DNA of 20,000 bases from Atractiella rhizophila (taxonomy: Eukaryota), in NCBI GenBank assembly GCA_021432655.1, contig MU271207.1, positions 141,277-161,276 on the forward strand, given 5' to 3'. Numbering within the stretch: the stretch's first letter is position 1; each line of letters opens with the position of its first letter. The translations under genes and the position numbers were made by a program. Under the pieces are notes generated by a model, which did no database searches, had not been told where the DNA came from, and saw only the letters and a program-made list of their open reading frames with translations. Below, in pieces: positions 10,154 to 20,000 of the stretch.

Positions 10154-13100
10154 TGTCTCCCTTATCCGGTAATGAAAGCTCTCTTTTTAATATCGTCCTC
10201 TTTCCCTCTAATGCTTTCATCTTCCAGCTACCACTTGAATCTGATTCTCTCTGCCCTTGCCTCAGATGCCCCTCAACCGTGAGCAAGATCGTCTGCGTGA
10301 TGCTGCCAGGCGGCAAGACCCTGAACTTCAAGCTCGAGTTCAGTAACAGTGAAGAGCGAGATGGAATACTCCTTATAGAATGCTCAGCAGCGTGAACACA
10401 TGGCTCGGCAACAACAACTACAACCTGCACCTCAGAGAGAGAATGCTGTAGAAAGAGCTGCACATTGGTGACGATTTTTGAATAGTGATGAAGGGAGATG
10501 GACGACCTCTTGGAGGAATGCTAAGTGTAGATTCTGTGGTGCTCTGCTGTTGGAATTGGAAGATACAGGTTTCTGTTGTCAAAATGGACACGACATTCTT
10601 CAGCCCCTGCCCCCTCTTCCTCCTCCTCTGCAAGATCTCGCTACATCCAACCCTCACGAAGCATCAGCTATGTCTTGACGTCTCAACTGAGCCTTCTGTT
10701 TAAGTTCTCTTGGTATTTCTCCTGCTGAGCCTGGATTCGAGTACTTTGAAGACCTTGACGCATAGACATTTGCGTTGAATGACCGCACATATCACCGCAT
10801 GTTTCCAACTGGGAGAGCCGATCATCCTATGCATTAGCTTTTGCACGATGCTGAAGGAAGTGACAGAAATGCAGAGCAAAACAATCTATCATTAGCCTTA
10901 GTGGGTTCGTTAAACTTTCCAAAATATATGATCGAACGTTGTCCTTCTAAGTCTGACTCTCAAACTCTGTAGAATCTCTCTGACGTACTTTCTCTTTTGA
11001 ATCCTCTTTTCCACCATTATCATTCCTTCGCTACCTTCGAACCAGACCAAGAACAAGCTGTTATGGAGCTTCGCGACCCAACAGCTGATGAGGAAATAGC
11101 AGCAATCTTTCACTCAGGAAACCGCACCATCAGGCATCCAAGAAGTGTTTATGTTGGACATCATGCAGCTGGCATACCTACACATGTCAGTACTCTTTCC
11201 CAACTTTACGAATCCTTCCAATACCCCATCTTCTTCCCACATGGAACACCTGGCTGGGTGTCGACTCTCCTCTTCTTCAACAGAACCAACACTTTACTTA
11301 ACATGTTTGGTATAAGAACTGCCTTCTTACTGAGCCACACTTTTTGGATTTTGGAAGGCTTGGATGTGAATACATATGTGATATGGTATCCCAAATGGAG
11401 GATGAGTGTTTGGAGTATGTTGGGAGTAATCACAAGGCTCAGTTAGAGGATTGGGAAGCTGCTATTGTGGTGGGAGAACATGGAGAAGATGGTGACTTTG
11501 AGTTTACCTCTTTGCCTTCAAGTGTAACAGGATCAAGAAAGTGGGCTATGGAAAATGTTGCGGATGCTTTAGCGATAGCAAAAGTCTTGGGAAGACTTAA
11601 TTTCTTTGTTACGGCAACTGCAAATCCAAATTGGCCCAAAATGAAGTCTCAACTACGTCCGGGTCAATCTGCTACAGAAGGCGCTTGGATAACTACTCAC
11701 ATCTTCAAAGCAAGATTGACGGTTTTGCTAGAGGAAATCAAGAAACAGTTTGGAGGCTTACTTTACAAGATCCATGTTATTGAGTTTCAGAAGTAGGGTC
11801 TTCCTCATGCTCACATAGTGATCAAGGTATGGTTGTTCTATTCATTTTTGTTTCCAACATCTGAATAGTATCACAGTGCAAACATAGACCTGCACTGGAA
11901 GATATAGACAATGTCATTTCAGCAGAACTACCTCAAGAAAATGGACCATTGCAAGAAGCAGTATTGATACATGACTAGTGTCATCTTGAAAGGTCATACT
12001 CACGATGTCAAAACAAGCATGGTGTATGCTGCTGGGGGTTTCCACATCCTGTATGACCGAATACCACTGTGATGAAAGTGGAAGAGTCCTTTCTCAAAAA
12101 CGCTTAGAAGAGGACGCCTGGATAGCTACTTATCCGCCCTCTCTAATTCTTAAGTGATGGTCACATCAATATTGGATGCCGTATTCATGGCAAATGTCTT
12201 CCTCTATCTGTACAAGTACCTGTACAAAGGAGTCGATCAAGCAAGGTATCAAGTCCAAGCTGTTGGAGAAGAGTTGAATCCTGTTAAGGACTACATCCAA
12301 GGTCAATATCTCTGCCTGTGAAGTGTGCTGGCGTATTCAGGGAAATCAACTGTCCTCAAAGGACCTATCCATCTTCTAACTTTCTATTTACCTACCAGGC
12401 CACAATTTCTCCCGATTCACCTGCCAGTCTAACACACTGTCATCCGGTTTCAACACTCCTTCAATATTTCCACCGTCCTAATGATGCACTGTTTGATAAC
12501 GTCACTACTCTGAACTCTTCTCTCACTGGATTCTAGAGTCTTATCCACAAGATGGAGTTGTCAGGGCTGGACGTTATGAAGAGATTGCGTTTAGTGGTAT
12601 GCCTCCTCACAAATTAGTCAAGAGGAGAGAAAGGGGCATGAAGATATCAAGACTTCAGACGATTTGTCCTGGACAAGGGGAGCCCTTTATCTTCGGATGT
12701 TGCTGTTTTCTTGACCAGCACGCAATTTTGTTGAGCTCCGGACAGTTGATGGTACTGTACAGGAAACGTTTCTGGATGCAGCTTGAGTTCTAGGCCTCTT
12801 TACAGATGAGACAGAAGGCGAATTCCCGCTACAAGAAGCTGTAGAAAACTTTGTCGACGGTCCCCAGCTTCGCCTTCTCTTTGTGCAGCTCATCATCGAA
12901 GACTCTCCTGCTCTTCTTCTGTGGGAACGATTCAAATTGGCCATCTCAGCAGACTACCTCAGATGATACAATCAGAACACCTTACAGCATTTTCCAAAGC
13001 CATTGGAGATATAGATTGTATATTGGGAGAGAATGGGTGATCCTGTGAAGATTACGGTCTGGAGGTTCCTAAGGAGTGTACTGTTGAGATTGTGCAGGAG

Positions 13101-14532
13101 CTGAAGTACTTTGCAGGTAATTAGAGCAACTTCAGGCATCATCTCTTCGAGCATTCAATACGATGAATGAGGAACAAATCAATACCTTTAATGTCCTGAA
13201 GGTAACAGCAGAAGAAGGCCACAACTGCAACAACCTCCTTCATCAACCCCATCTGTTTTTCATAGATGGAAAGGCTGGCAGGGGTAAGACCTTTGTTGTT
13301 AGTGCCATCATAAACCATTTTAGAGGAAAGGGGGATGTGATATTAGTGGAACATGAGTTCCCCTCACTAAACTGAAAATAGCATGGTGCGAACATGATTT
13401 CCAATATTCATCCTGAATCCGCACGAGCAGATCTTATTCGAGCAGCTAAACTCATTCAATGGTCTGGGATGAGATTGTCATGGCAAATAAGGTGGTTTTG
13501 GAATGTGTCAATGATCTCTTCCATAGGTTGACAGGTTTTGATGTTCCTTTTGGCAGCAAGATGATTGCTGGAACTAGAGACTTTCGTCAGACAGCTCCAG
13601 TTGTTATTGGGGGTCCTACTGCAGATCTCATGGCATCTATCAAGTCTTCCAATCTCTGCAGTTCCTTTCAAGTCTTTCAGCTAACAACTGCTTAGCGAAA
13701 TGGTGGCAACATTGGATATTCAGAGTTTGTTGACTGTGTTGGAGATGGTTACGACTGGACCCATGTTGACTTGACAGATTACCTCAAGCATACAGAAGTC
13801 CTTGAAGAAGTCCACCACTTTGTTTATGACGATGAGGTCATCCTGTGTCTTGAAGAGTGTGCACGCTGAGCTTTCCTCTCTCCCCTTAAACTCCTATGTT
13901 GAAGATTTCAATCACCAACTCTTGGATCGGCTTCCTGGCTTTGAATGTAAGGCCTTTCATGAATTATATAAAATTTTATTCACTGTACATGCAGCTGTCT
14001 ACACATCCACAGATTCAGTGAAAGCTACTGAAGGTATTGATGACGAACATCCTATAGCGACTCAAGGATACCTCAACATGAGTGATCAGCCTGGAACACC
14101 ACAACACTGACTTTGTCTTAATCTGGAGCGATCGCTTCCTTAATGTCTAATTTATCTGTCGACAAGGGTTTAGTGCAGAATTCTAGGGTGGAAATTATCG
14201 AATGCAGGAGAAGATACATAGGGGTACGACTTCTGTAGCAGCACCTTCGAAATTATACCTATCTTATCCTCGCATCAACTTCGAATTCCAACCAAAGTGT
14301 ACTGGCTTCAAAGTCTTGCGCAAACAAGTGCCACTACGTTTGGCATGTGCAGGCACCTTCAATAGCTGCCAAGGTCTCACATGTGATATGATCGGTCTTG
14401 ATCTTCAAGGAGATGTCTTTGCTCATGGTCAGCTTTATACAGCTATTTCAAGAATATGAAATCATGCATATGCCCAGAGAGAACAAGACTGTTGCTAACG
14501 TTGTATATCGTTTACTGTTGCTGAATGCGTAA
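10154..14532 (+). pseudogene. Decayed Helitron Rep-helicase gene (Zn finger, HUH Rep domain, PIF1-family helicase) with many stops and frameshifts; 5' limit approximate
   Basis: Motifs appear in the expected order: CRFCGALLL..E..GFCCQNG, YESFQYPIFFPHGTPGW, FFVTATANPNWP, VIEFQK*GLPHAHIV (HUH ~11806), YLYKYLYKG (~12205), FIDGKAGRGKTF (~13260), WDEIVM, DFRQTAPV, RKQVPLRLACAGTFNSCQGLT, FAHGQLYTAISR, NVVY..LL*. Likely introns at 11827-11876 and 13947-13994. Confidence 0.93.
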
Positions 14533-14726
14533 ATTCTCTGTTATATATTTGCCAAATCTTTATAACTCTATAGCTCGAACTTATGTTACATTTTTTTTTG
14601 CTTTTAAAATTGATTCTTTTATTTGCTATATTATTGCTGTTATCGCCTAGATCTAATCGTTCACAGAGCTGAATTCAGAGGAGAAGTTGTACCTAGCCTG
14701 GGGCAGTTAGTAAGTTAAGCGATGGG

Positions 14727-14782
14727 GCTAGGTCCCCTACAACTTTGAAATGCAGACCTTGATTATGAAATCAAATCAGTTT
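14727..14782 (+). repeat. Copy 2 of the degenerate direct repeat flanking the Helitron ORF
   Basis: See copy 1. It forms the 3' arm of the inverted repeat AAGTTGTA-CCTAGCC (14684-14698) / GGCTAGG..TACAACTT (14726-14745). Confidence 0.7.
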
Positions 14783-15834
14783 CTACATCCACTTCTACTA
14801 CATCCCGATCCTAAACTAATGATTCATACTAATCTGTCACGCTTTCGTAACATACCAATTTGTCACGTCCGGAAAGAGACCGCTACAACCAATAAATAAT
14901 TGGGATCTGTCTTGAACAACTATCTTAACTTTTGCCAGGTATGGCAATCACTATCTCTTTCTGTCTCCCAGTATACCATATATAATGTGTACTTTCCTTC
15001 TGCGAACTTATTTTCTTACTCAACAATCTGAAGCTTCAATTTTCAACTCTCCACTTTTGCTTTATTCACTCTATCAACAATAACAGTACCTCTTAGTTGT
15101 AAGTTTGGTTTCTCTCCAGTTTCATTACTGGCTAACCTGCACCTTAGGAAATGTCAGTGTGCAACAATCAAATTACCTTTATCAGCCCTATCAACGAAGT
15201 GGCATGGATGGAACCTGGAAAAGAGATGTTGAATCGTCTACTGAACTTATTACCACCAGTGATGGTGTGTCCTTATCTCCTTCCTTATATGATATATATC
15301 TCTGATAAAATGGGTAGCGGGTTTGGATCGATTGCTGCTAAAACTAGATACTGGCAACTTTGCTCTCTTCCACTCATGCAACCAAATTCGGTCGTTCTCA
15401 TCTACCACAGTCTAAGAGCTGTTCCATCTTCACCTATCATTGTCAATTCCCGAGAAGATGGCCAGGATTGGAGATCAAGACACAATCGATCCTACTGCTG
15501 GTGTTGTCACTGCAGTTGGGACTGTTGTTGGTGTCCCCAGTTCAGAAACAGATGTGACCATTACCACACCGATGTATATCAAAAAGGCCCTGCTGGTGCT
15601 CAAGTCAGTACTGTCCTCCTATTGAATCATTTCTAACACACAAGTCCAAGGGTTCTATGGTCCATTTCCAGATGAACTTCTGTTGCATTGGTCCATGCTG
15701 GGCGAAGCGTCCTTTGCCTGCTCCAGGGTCTACCCTCCAACTCTCTAGTGTTATTAATGGACTCCCTAGTATAGATGGCCTCCTCACCTGTGAATTCACA
15801 AGTTGTCCTCCCAATTGGCTCCCTCACTAAAAAC

Positions 15835-15998
15835 TGTCAGAGTTTGGGACCGTTTTAAGCTGCATTCGTCCCACTGTCATTTGTGGCTCTAGTTTTCTTT
15901 CCCCTTTGCCATTTCTTTCATTTTACCAAGTTCCTTAAGGTATAAAAGCCCATTATAACTTCATTGTAATTCATTCGTTTCGACCCTTGGAATCAACA
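15835..15998 (+). repeat. 5' LTR (164 bp)
   Basis: TG...CA termini and a TATAAAA box; 9 substitutions plus 1 indel relative to the 3' LTR by manual alignment. Confidence 0.95.
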
Positions 15999-16000
15999 AA

Positions 16001-16008
16001 TGGTAGCG
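16001..16008 (+). promoter_or_regulatory. Primer-binding site, probably for initiator tRNA-Met
   Basis: TGGTAGCG begins 2 nt after the 5' LTR and is identical to the first 8 nt of the yeast Ty1 PBS (TGGTAGCGCC). Confidence 0.75.
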
Positions 16009-16063
16009 AGAGAAGTTCGATTTACAAGCACATGCCACTCATAGCCACTTGATTAATACAACC

Positions 16064-17219
16064 ATGTCCAACTCCAACCTTAACTCTCTGATTCAGTCAG
16101 TTCCCAAGCTTACAGAAACCAATTATTACGACTGGAAATTCGCTGTCTCGTTGGTGTTGAAGAGAGGTGGCCGCTAGGAAGAAGTGAGTGGAGTGGTGGA
16201 GGAGCCTTCAGCGGAGGGGACGAAGAAACTGAAGAACTGGAAAGATGCGAATGAGGTTGGGCTGACGATTGTCAGATTAAGTGTGGATCCATCGCAATTC
16301 ATCTATATCCGAGATTCAGCTACCGGGGCGGTGGCATGGAAGGCTTTGAAAGACAAGTATGAGAAGAACAGCCGCGCAAACCGTATCACGCTTAAACACC
16401 GTTTCTATAACGCGAAACACGACCCCTCGAAGCCAATTGAGTCCTACGTTCAAGAAGTTTCTGCTAGTGCGTCGAATCTCAAATCGATCGGGCTCCAGAT
16501 CTCCGATACCGATATTACGGATGTCCTCATCTTCAACCTCACGGAGGACTGGGGGAAACTTGTGTCAGGTTTGCATCTTACGCAAATCGGCGCCCGTTCG
16601 CCGGATTGCATCTCTTATCGCCCATTTGCGTTCCCTGCGAATCGGCGCCCGTTCGCCACTGCGTCTCCCGTCGCCCATTTGCACCTACATCACCACTTAG
16701 CCCAATTGTGCCTAACCTCCTCTTATTAACTCCGCGTAATCCCACTGTCACTACCCCTTTTGGTTCTCTTACATGTTTCATCTGCTCTCCTCCACGCTCT
16801 GTGGCAGTGTTATTCCGCTTGTATATATAGATCAGAGAGTAGTGGAGGTGGCCTTAGAGTATTCTCTTAGGTTTATCTCCACTACAGACGCATCGCCTAT
16901 CGGCGACCGCACATAGTGTCAGCCCTAACAACTTGCTGGAACATTAATAGCGACTAAGGAAGAGTTGTCCATTCAAGATGTTATTGGTGCTCTCAGGGAT
17001 GAGGAAGGGAGAAGAGGAGGTTCAGGGGTGTCAAGAGGAGGAACTGGGGAGGCACTGCTCACGAAGGCGAGAAGGTTCAGAAGGTGTGATCACCCAAATT
17101 CCAATCGACAAATCAATTGCTGGGTCTGCGGAGACTCCGGACATTTGGCACGAGATTGTTCCGAGAAGGCACTAGCGAAGAAGGATAGGTCGGAAGCGCA
17201 CATTACTGAGGGATTTTAA
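16064..17219 (+). pseudogene. gag: Copia-type gag (~260 codons after removing the insert), inactivated by TAG at 16175-16177 and a solo-LTR insertion
   Basis: PKLTETNYYDWKF N-terminal motif, AWKALKDKYE (Retrotran_gag_2/UBN2-like) and zinc knuckle CWVCGDSGHLARDC (17118-17159). Excising 16563-16935 restores DWGKL-AGTLIATKEELSIQDVIGALRDEE. Confidence 0.92.
16563..16930. mobile_element. Solo LTR (368 bp) of a different retrotransposon family nested in gag
   Basis: TGTCAGG...CCTAACA imperfect terminal inverted repeat with TG...CA ends; 5-bp TSD ACTTG (16558-16562 and 16931-16935); TATATATA box at ~16822; removal restores the gag frame. Confidence 0.9.
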
Positions 17220-17453
17220 TTTGGAAGACCTCAAGATCCGTCGAAGTTTGGCGCAAAAGGCGGCTGGGAATCAATTGCAAAAGTGTGGCTTTGATCCTTC
17301 GACGTTGTGGCATCTGGGGTAAAGAGAATTGTTAGAATGAGGCGGAGTGAGGAGCTTTCAAATGTTATTGGAGTGTTTTTTTTTACAAAAGTTTGTTTCT
17401 TTGGTGGGTACCTTTAGTTCTATCGTGGCACCTCATTTGCTCAAGGGGGAGTT

Positions 17454-17618
17454 TGTCAGAGTTTGGCACCGTTTTAAGCTGCATTCGTGCCACCATCATT
17501 TGTGGCTCTAGTTTTCTTTCCCCTTTGCCGTTTCTCTCATTTTGCCGAGTTCCTTAAGGTATAAAAAGCCCATTATAACTTCATTGTAATTCATTCCTTT
17601 CGACCCTTGGAATCAACA
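17454..17618 (+). repeat. 3' LTR (165 bp)
   Basis: Preceded by PPT AAGGGGGAG and followed by TSD AAAAC; ~94% identical to the 5' LTR. Confidence 0.95.
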
Positions 17619-17870
17619 AAAACAACACTATGGCTGCTGTGACTCCGAAAGTATCCTGTTGGGGCTGCAAAGAGGAATGCTGCTGCCATGCTTGGTGGAG
17701 GCACCGGTACAAATACTGGTGATATGGTTATCCGGGAAAGAGATGATTTTGAGGAAGGTATACCTATCCCAAAGAAGGTGAAGTTTGTGGGAACCAGTGT
17801 CAAGGACAAGGGGAAGGGGAAGGCTGTTGCGGAAGAAGTAATTGAACAGCACAAAGATGTTGGAGAAGGC

Positions 17871-19731
17871 TAGGGATGGCTATCGGAGTCGAATCGTACC
17901 AGCTACGCCGGGTCCGATGGCCAGTCGTGTATCGATCGAAGACAAAAAAGGACCACGACTTACGATTCGATACGAGTACGGCTCCCAAGGCGTATCGAAT
18001 CGCCAGTGTGTGGATTTTACGACTACGATACGATACACGATTCCATGCGCACGTTTTTGGGGGAACGGCACCAATAGTAAGCTGTTCACATCACTCTCAG
18101 CTGCGTGTGCTTACAGTCCTCAGCCCCATGGCTGCTGTCGGCCAGCATATAAATCCTCCCTATCTTCTCCCCGTTGACATCACGCCACCATGGCAACACT
18201 GGACAGTTTTCTCGGGCTAGGAAAGAGGTCAAGGACTTCAGTGGATATTGTGAAGAGGAACAACGAGGATGGGACTGCACTTAGCCAGTCCAAGAAGCGA
18301 AAGGATGAGGAGTCTGAGTGGGTCTTCTCTCCTTACAATGAACGCTTGTTGATTGAAATTGTACACAGACACCAAAAGATACCGGGTTACTTTGAGCTTA
18401 AGATCTTGCTGGCAGCTTCGCACAATTTCAAACCTGACCCGAATTATGTATGTCTGCCCGTCATCAACTGCATTAGCTTTCACTAAATAATGGTCCAGGA
18501 GGCTGCTTCGCTCTTTCTCACTTGTCAACATCTTATTCAGGAGGTTGCATCGCTTGCCGAGGACAACAAGGAACCCATTCATCGTGCATTCTCTCTCTGG
18601 AACCCAACTCTGGCCGACATTGGCGGGAAACAAGGGCTCGTTGCGTTTCGAGTGCTCTGGCTGAAACTCCTGCAAGTTGACGAATCCTCCGTACCAGGCT
18701 ATCTCCTTAACGCGCGAAAAGCCTCCATCTGTGCCATTGCCTCAAAAATCCACACAGCCCTTGCTGCCGAAGGTCTCGTTGATGATGCTGAGGTTGAGAT
18801 GGACTATGATCCTTCAAAGGATGAGAGTAGTGCTTTGTGGGAGGATGAGGAAGATCCATTAGGAATGGATATCGATGGGCTTGAGTTGGTGGAGTCGTTG
18901 GAGCAGAATAAGAAATTGGATCCGAAAGGCAAGAAGCAAACAAGAGCAAAGGTTCGCATTCTTTGTTTGCGCTCTTCGACTTAACTAATTCTGTGTGCAG
19001 AGCTCTACCGGCAACCACGTACCTGTTTCGACCTTCGATCCACTCGCGCGTGAGGCAGTTGTGGCAGACACCCAGCCAAGGCAGTATCAAGTAAGCTGAT
19101 ATTTTTGTGTTCTGTGGCAGCGGTAACACTTCTCTAGGCAACTTCGAAGAGAAGAAACCTTGTCTGGCTTTTCTACACCATAATCCCGAAGTCAGAGGCA
19201 CATGCTGATGTGCAGCATGGGCACAAAGACGGGACCGTTTACTTCAAGTGCAATCACTGTCGCTGGACGAATCGAGTCACGAGAAGCAGCAACGGAAAGC
19301 TCACACACCTTGAGGACCATCTCACCAGATCGCCACGTCACTTCAAGAGCACTGGTCCTCTTTTCAAGTTGCTGAGGAAGAAGTACGAGGACAAGGTACC
19401 CATCTCGGAAAACGAAAAGAAGAAAGCATCAAATGAGATTCCCGTTCGTCTTCTTTTCAACTTCCTCCACAGGCTAGTTATACATAAATAGATAACCGAT
19501 GCCGATGTGAAAAACTCAGGGCAACAGCTAGATATCTTAGATCAGCTACAAGGCATGGCAGCGCATTTCAGCGATCAGGTGAGCACAGCTCATCTTTATT
19601 AGATTCTTTTTCACTTGCTTTGTTATAGGCGTTTGACCAACTGAAGTTTGATGAACTCCTGGTCAACTTCTTCGTTGCGACGGATCAGCTCTTTCAACTG
19701 ACAGAGAACCCACACTTCCGTGACCTCCTCC
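17871..19731 (+). mobile_element. hAT-type DNA transposon, left part (right end outside the window)
   Basis: Starts TAGGGATGGC, like the Ac TIR (C/T)AGGGATG. It is followed by ~180 bp rich in TACGA/TCGTA-type subterminal repeats and then a BED-finger transposase gene. The second TIR and TSD are not visible. Confidence 0.75.
18190..19731 (+). pseudogene. hAT-like transposase, N-terminal half; predicted exons 18190-18447, 18499-18951, 19001-19090, 19138-19443, 19492-19578, 19629-19731; interrupted by an insertion at 19732
   Basis: Five 47-51-nt GT-AG phase-0 introns give one open frame. It includes a BED finger (NLVWLFY...YFKCNHCRW...HLEDHLTRSPRH) and FDELLVNFFVATDQLFQLTENPHFRDLL, like the hAT PFxxVExxxFxxLL region. 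The DDE domain is not reached. Confidence 0.8.
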
Positions 19732-20000
19732 TAGGGCTGTTCAACGTCACCGTTGAGACGGCTGATGGTGCGGGGCGGACGGCTTTTTCAGCCACCCGTC
19801 CCGCGACCGTTGGCACTTCCTTTCCAGGCGATGGACGGGATTGGCGGACGGCAGGGTGCCGTCCTTCATCACCAACCCTCTTTCGAAGACGGCTGAGACG
19901 GTGTGAGACGGCTGGTTGTGGGAGTCGAGGGTTTAACCGGAGCTTGAACCAGCAAAGGTTCGTGGTTCAGATCACACTTACAGGAATATTCCAAATATTT
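19732..20000. mobile_element. End of a second hAT-like element or MITE inserted into the transposase
   Basis: The frame breaks abruptly at TAGGGCTGTTCAAC. A GC-rich stretch follows with about nine GACGG/CCGTC pentamers in both orientations (19757-19911), typical of transposase-binding subterminal repeats. Confidence 0.65.

Larger units (their letters stand above)
9841..14782 (+). mobile_element. Helitron-superfamily rolling-circle transposon, approximate extent
   Basis: The Rep-Hel pseudogene lies between two related hairpin-containing motifs (9901-9972 and 14684-14782). Canonical 5'-TC / CTRR-3' ends could not be fixed, so the boundaries are inferred. Confidence 0.6.
15835..17618 (+). mobile_element. 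Non-autonomous gag-only Ty1/copia-type LTR retrotransposon (1784 bp; ~1411 bp without the nested insert)
   Basis: Paired LTRs TGTCAG...CAACA; 5-bp TSD AAAAC (15830-15834 and 17619-17623); PBS TGGTAGCG at 16001; PPT AAGGGGGAG at 17443-17451; gag ORF with CCHC knuckle; no pol. Confidence 0.95.
15440..17870 (+). pseudogene. Relic of an unknown coding sequence, split by the LTR element (15835-17618) and cut at 17870 by the hAT element
   Basis: Protein-like fragments lie on both sides of the insertion (ARIGDQDTIDPTAGVVTAVGTVVG..., WAKRPLPAPGSTLQLSSVINGLP..., KRNAAAMLGGG...PKKVKFVGTSVKDKGKGKAV). Removing the LTR element and one TSD reads through as IGSLTKNNTMAAVTPK, but frameshifts are needed elsewhere. 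Confidence 0.35.

Noticed and set aside
17210..17445. Frameshift or read-through from gag into a pol remnant
   Set aside because: No protease, integrase, RT or RNase H motif was recognised and the segment is only ~220 nt.

Overview
Eukaryotic, almost certainly fungal DNA; the ~50-nt GT-AG introns and the protein families suggest a basidiomycete (inference). The left ~9 kb holds two divergently oriented genes. One encodes a low-complexity, tail-anchored membrane protein (minus strand). The other is a spliced ~1450-1470 aa NLR-like immune receptor: patatin-like domain / NB-ARC-type STAND ATPase / ten exact 40-aa TPR-like repeats / C-terminal BAG-like domain. Its patatin domain appears to have lost the catalytic Asp (DG) motif. 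The right ~11 kb is a stack of transposons. It contains a decayed Helitron Rep-PIF1 helicase bracketed by related hairpin-bearing direct repeats, and a 1.8-kb gag-only copia-type LTR element (LTRs, PBS, PPT, 5-bp TSD) interrupted by a foreign solo LTR. It ends with a BED-finger hAT-type transposon whose spliced transposase is cut by a second hAT-like element running off the window end. The best candidate for something undescribed is the pseudo-patatin NLR with an integrated BAG domain.
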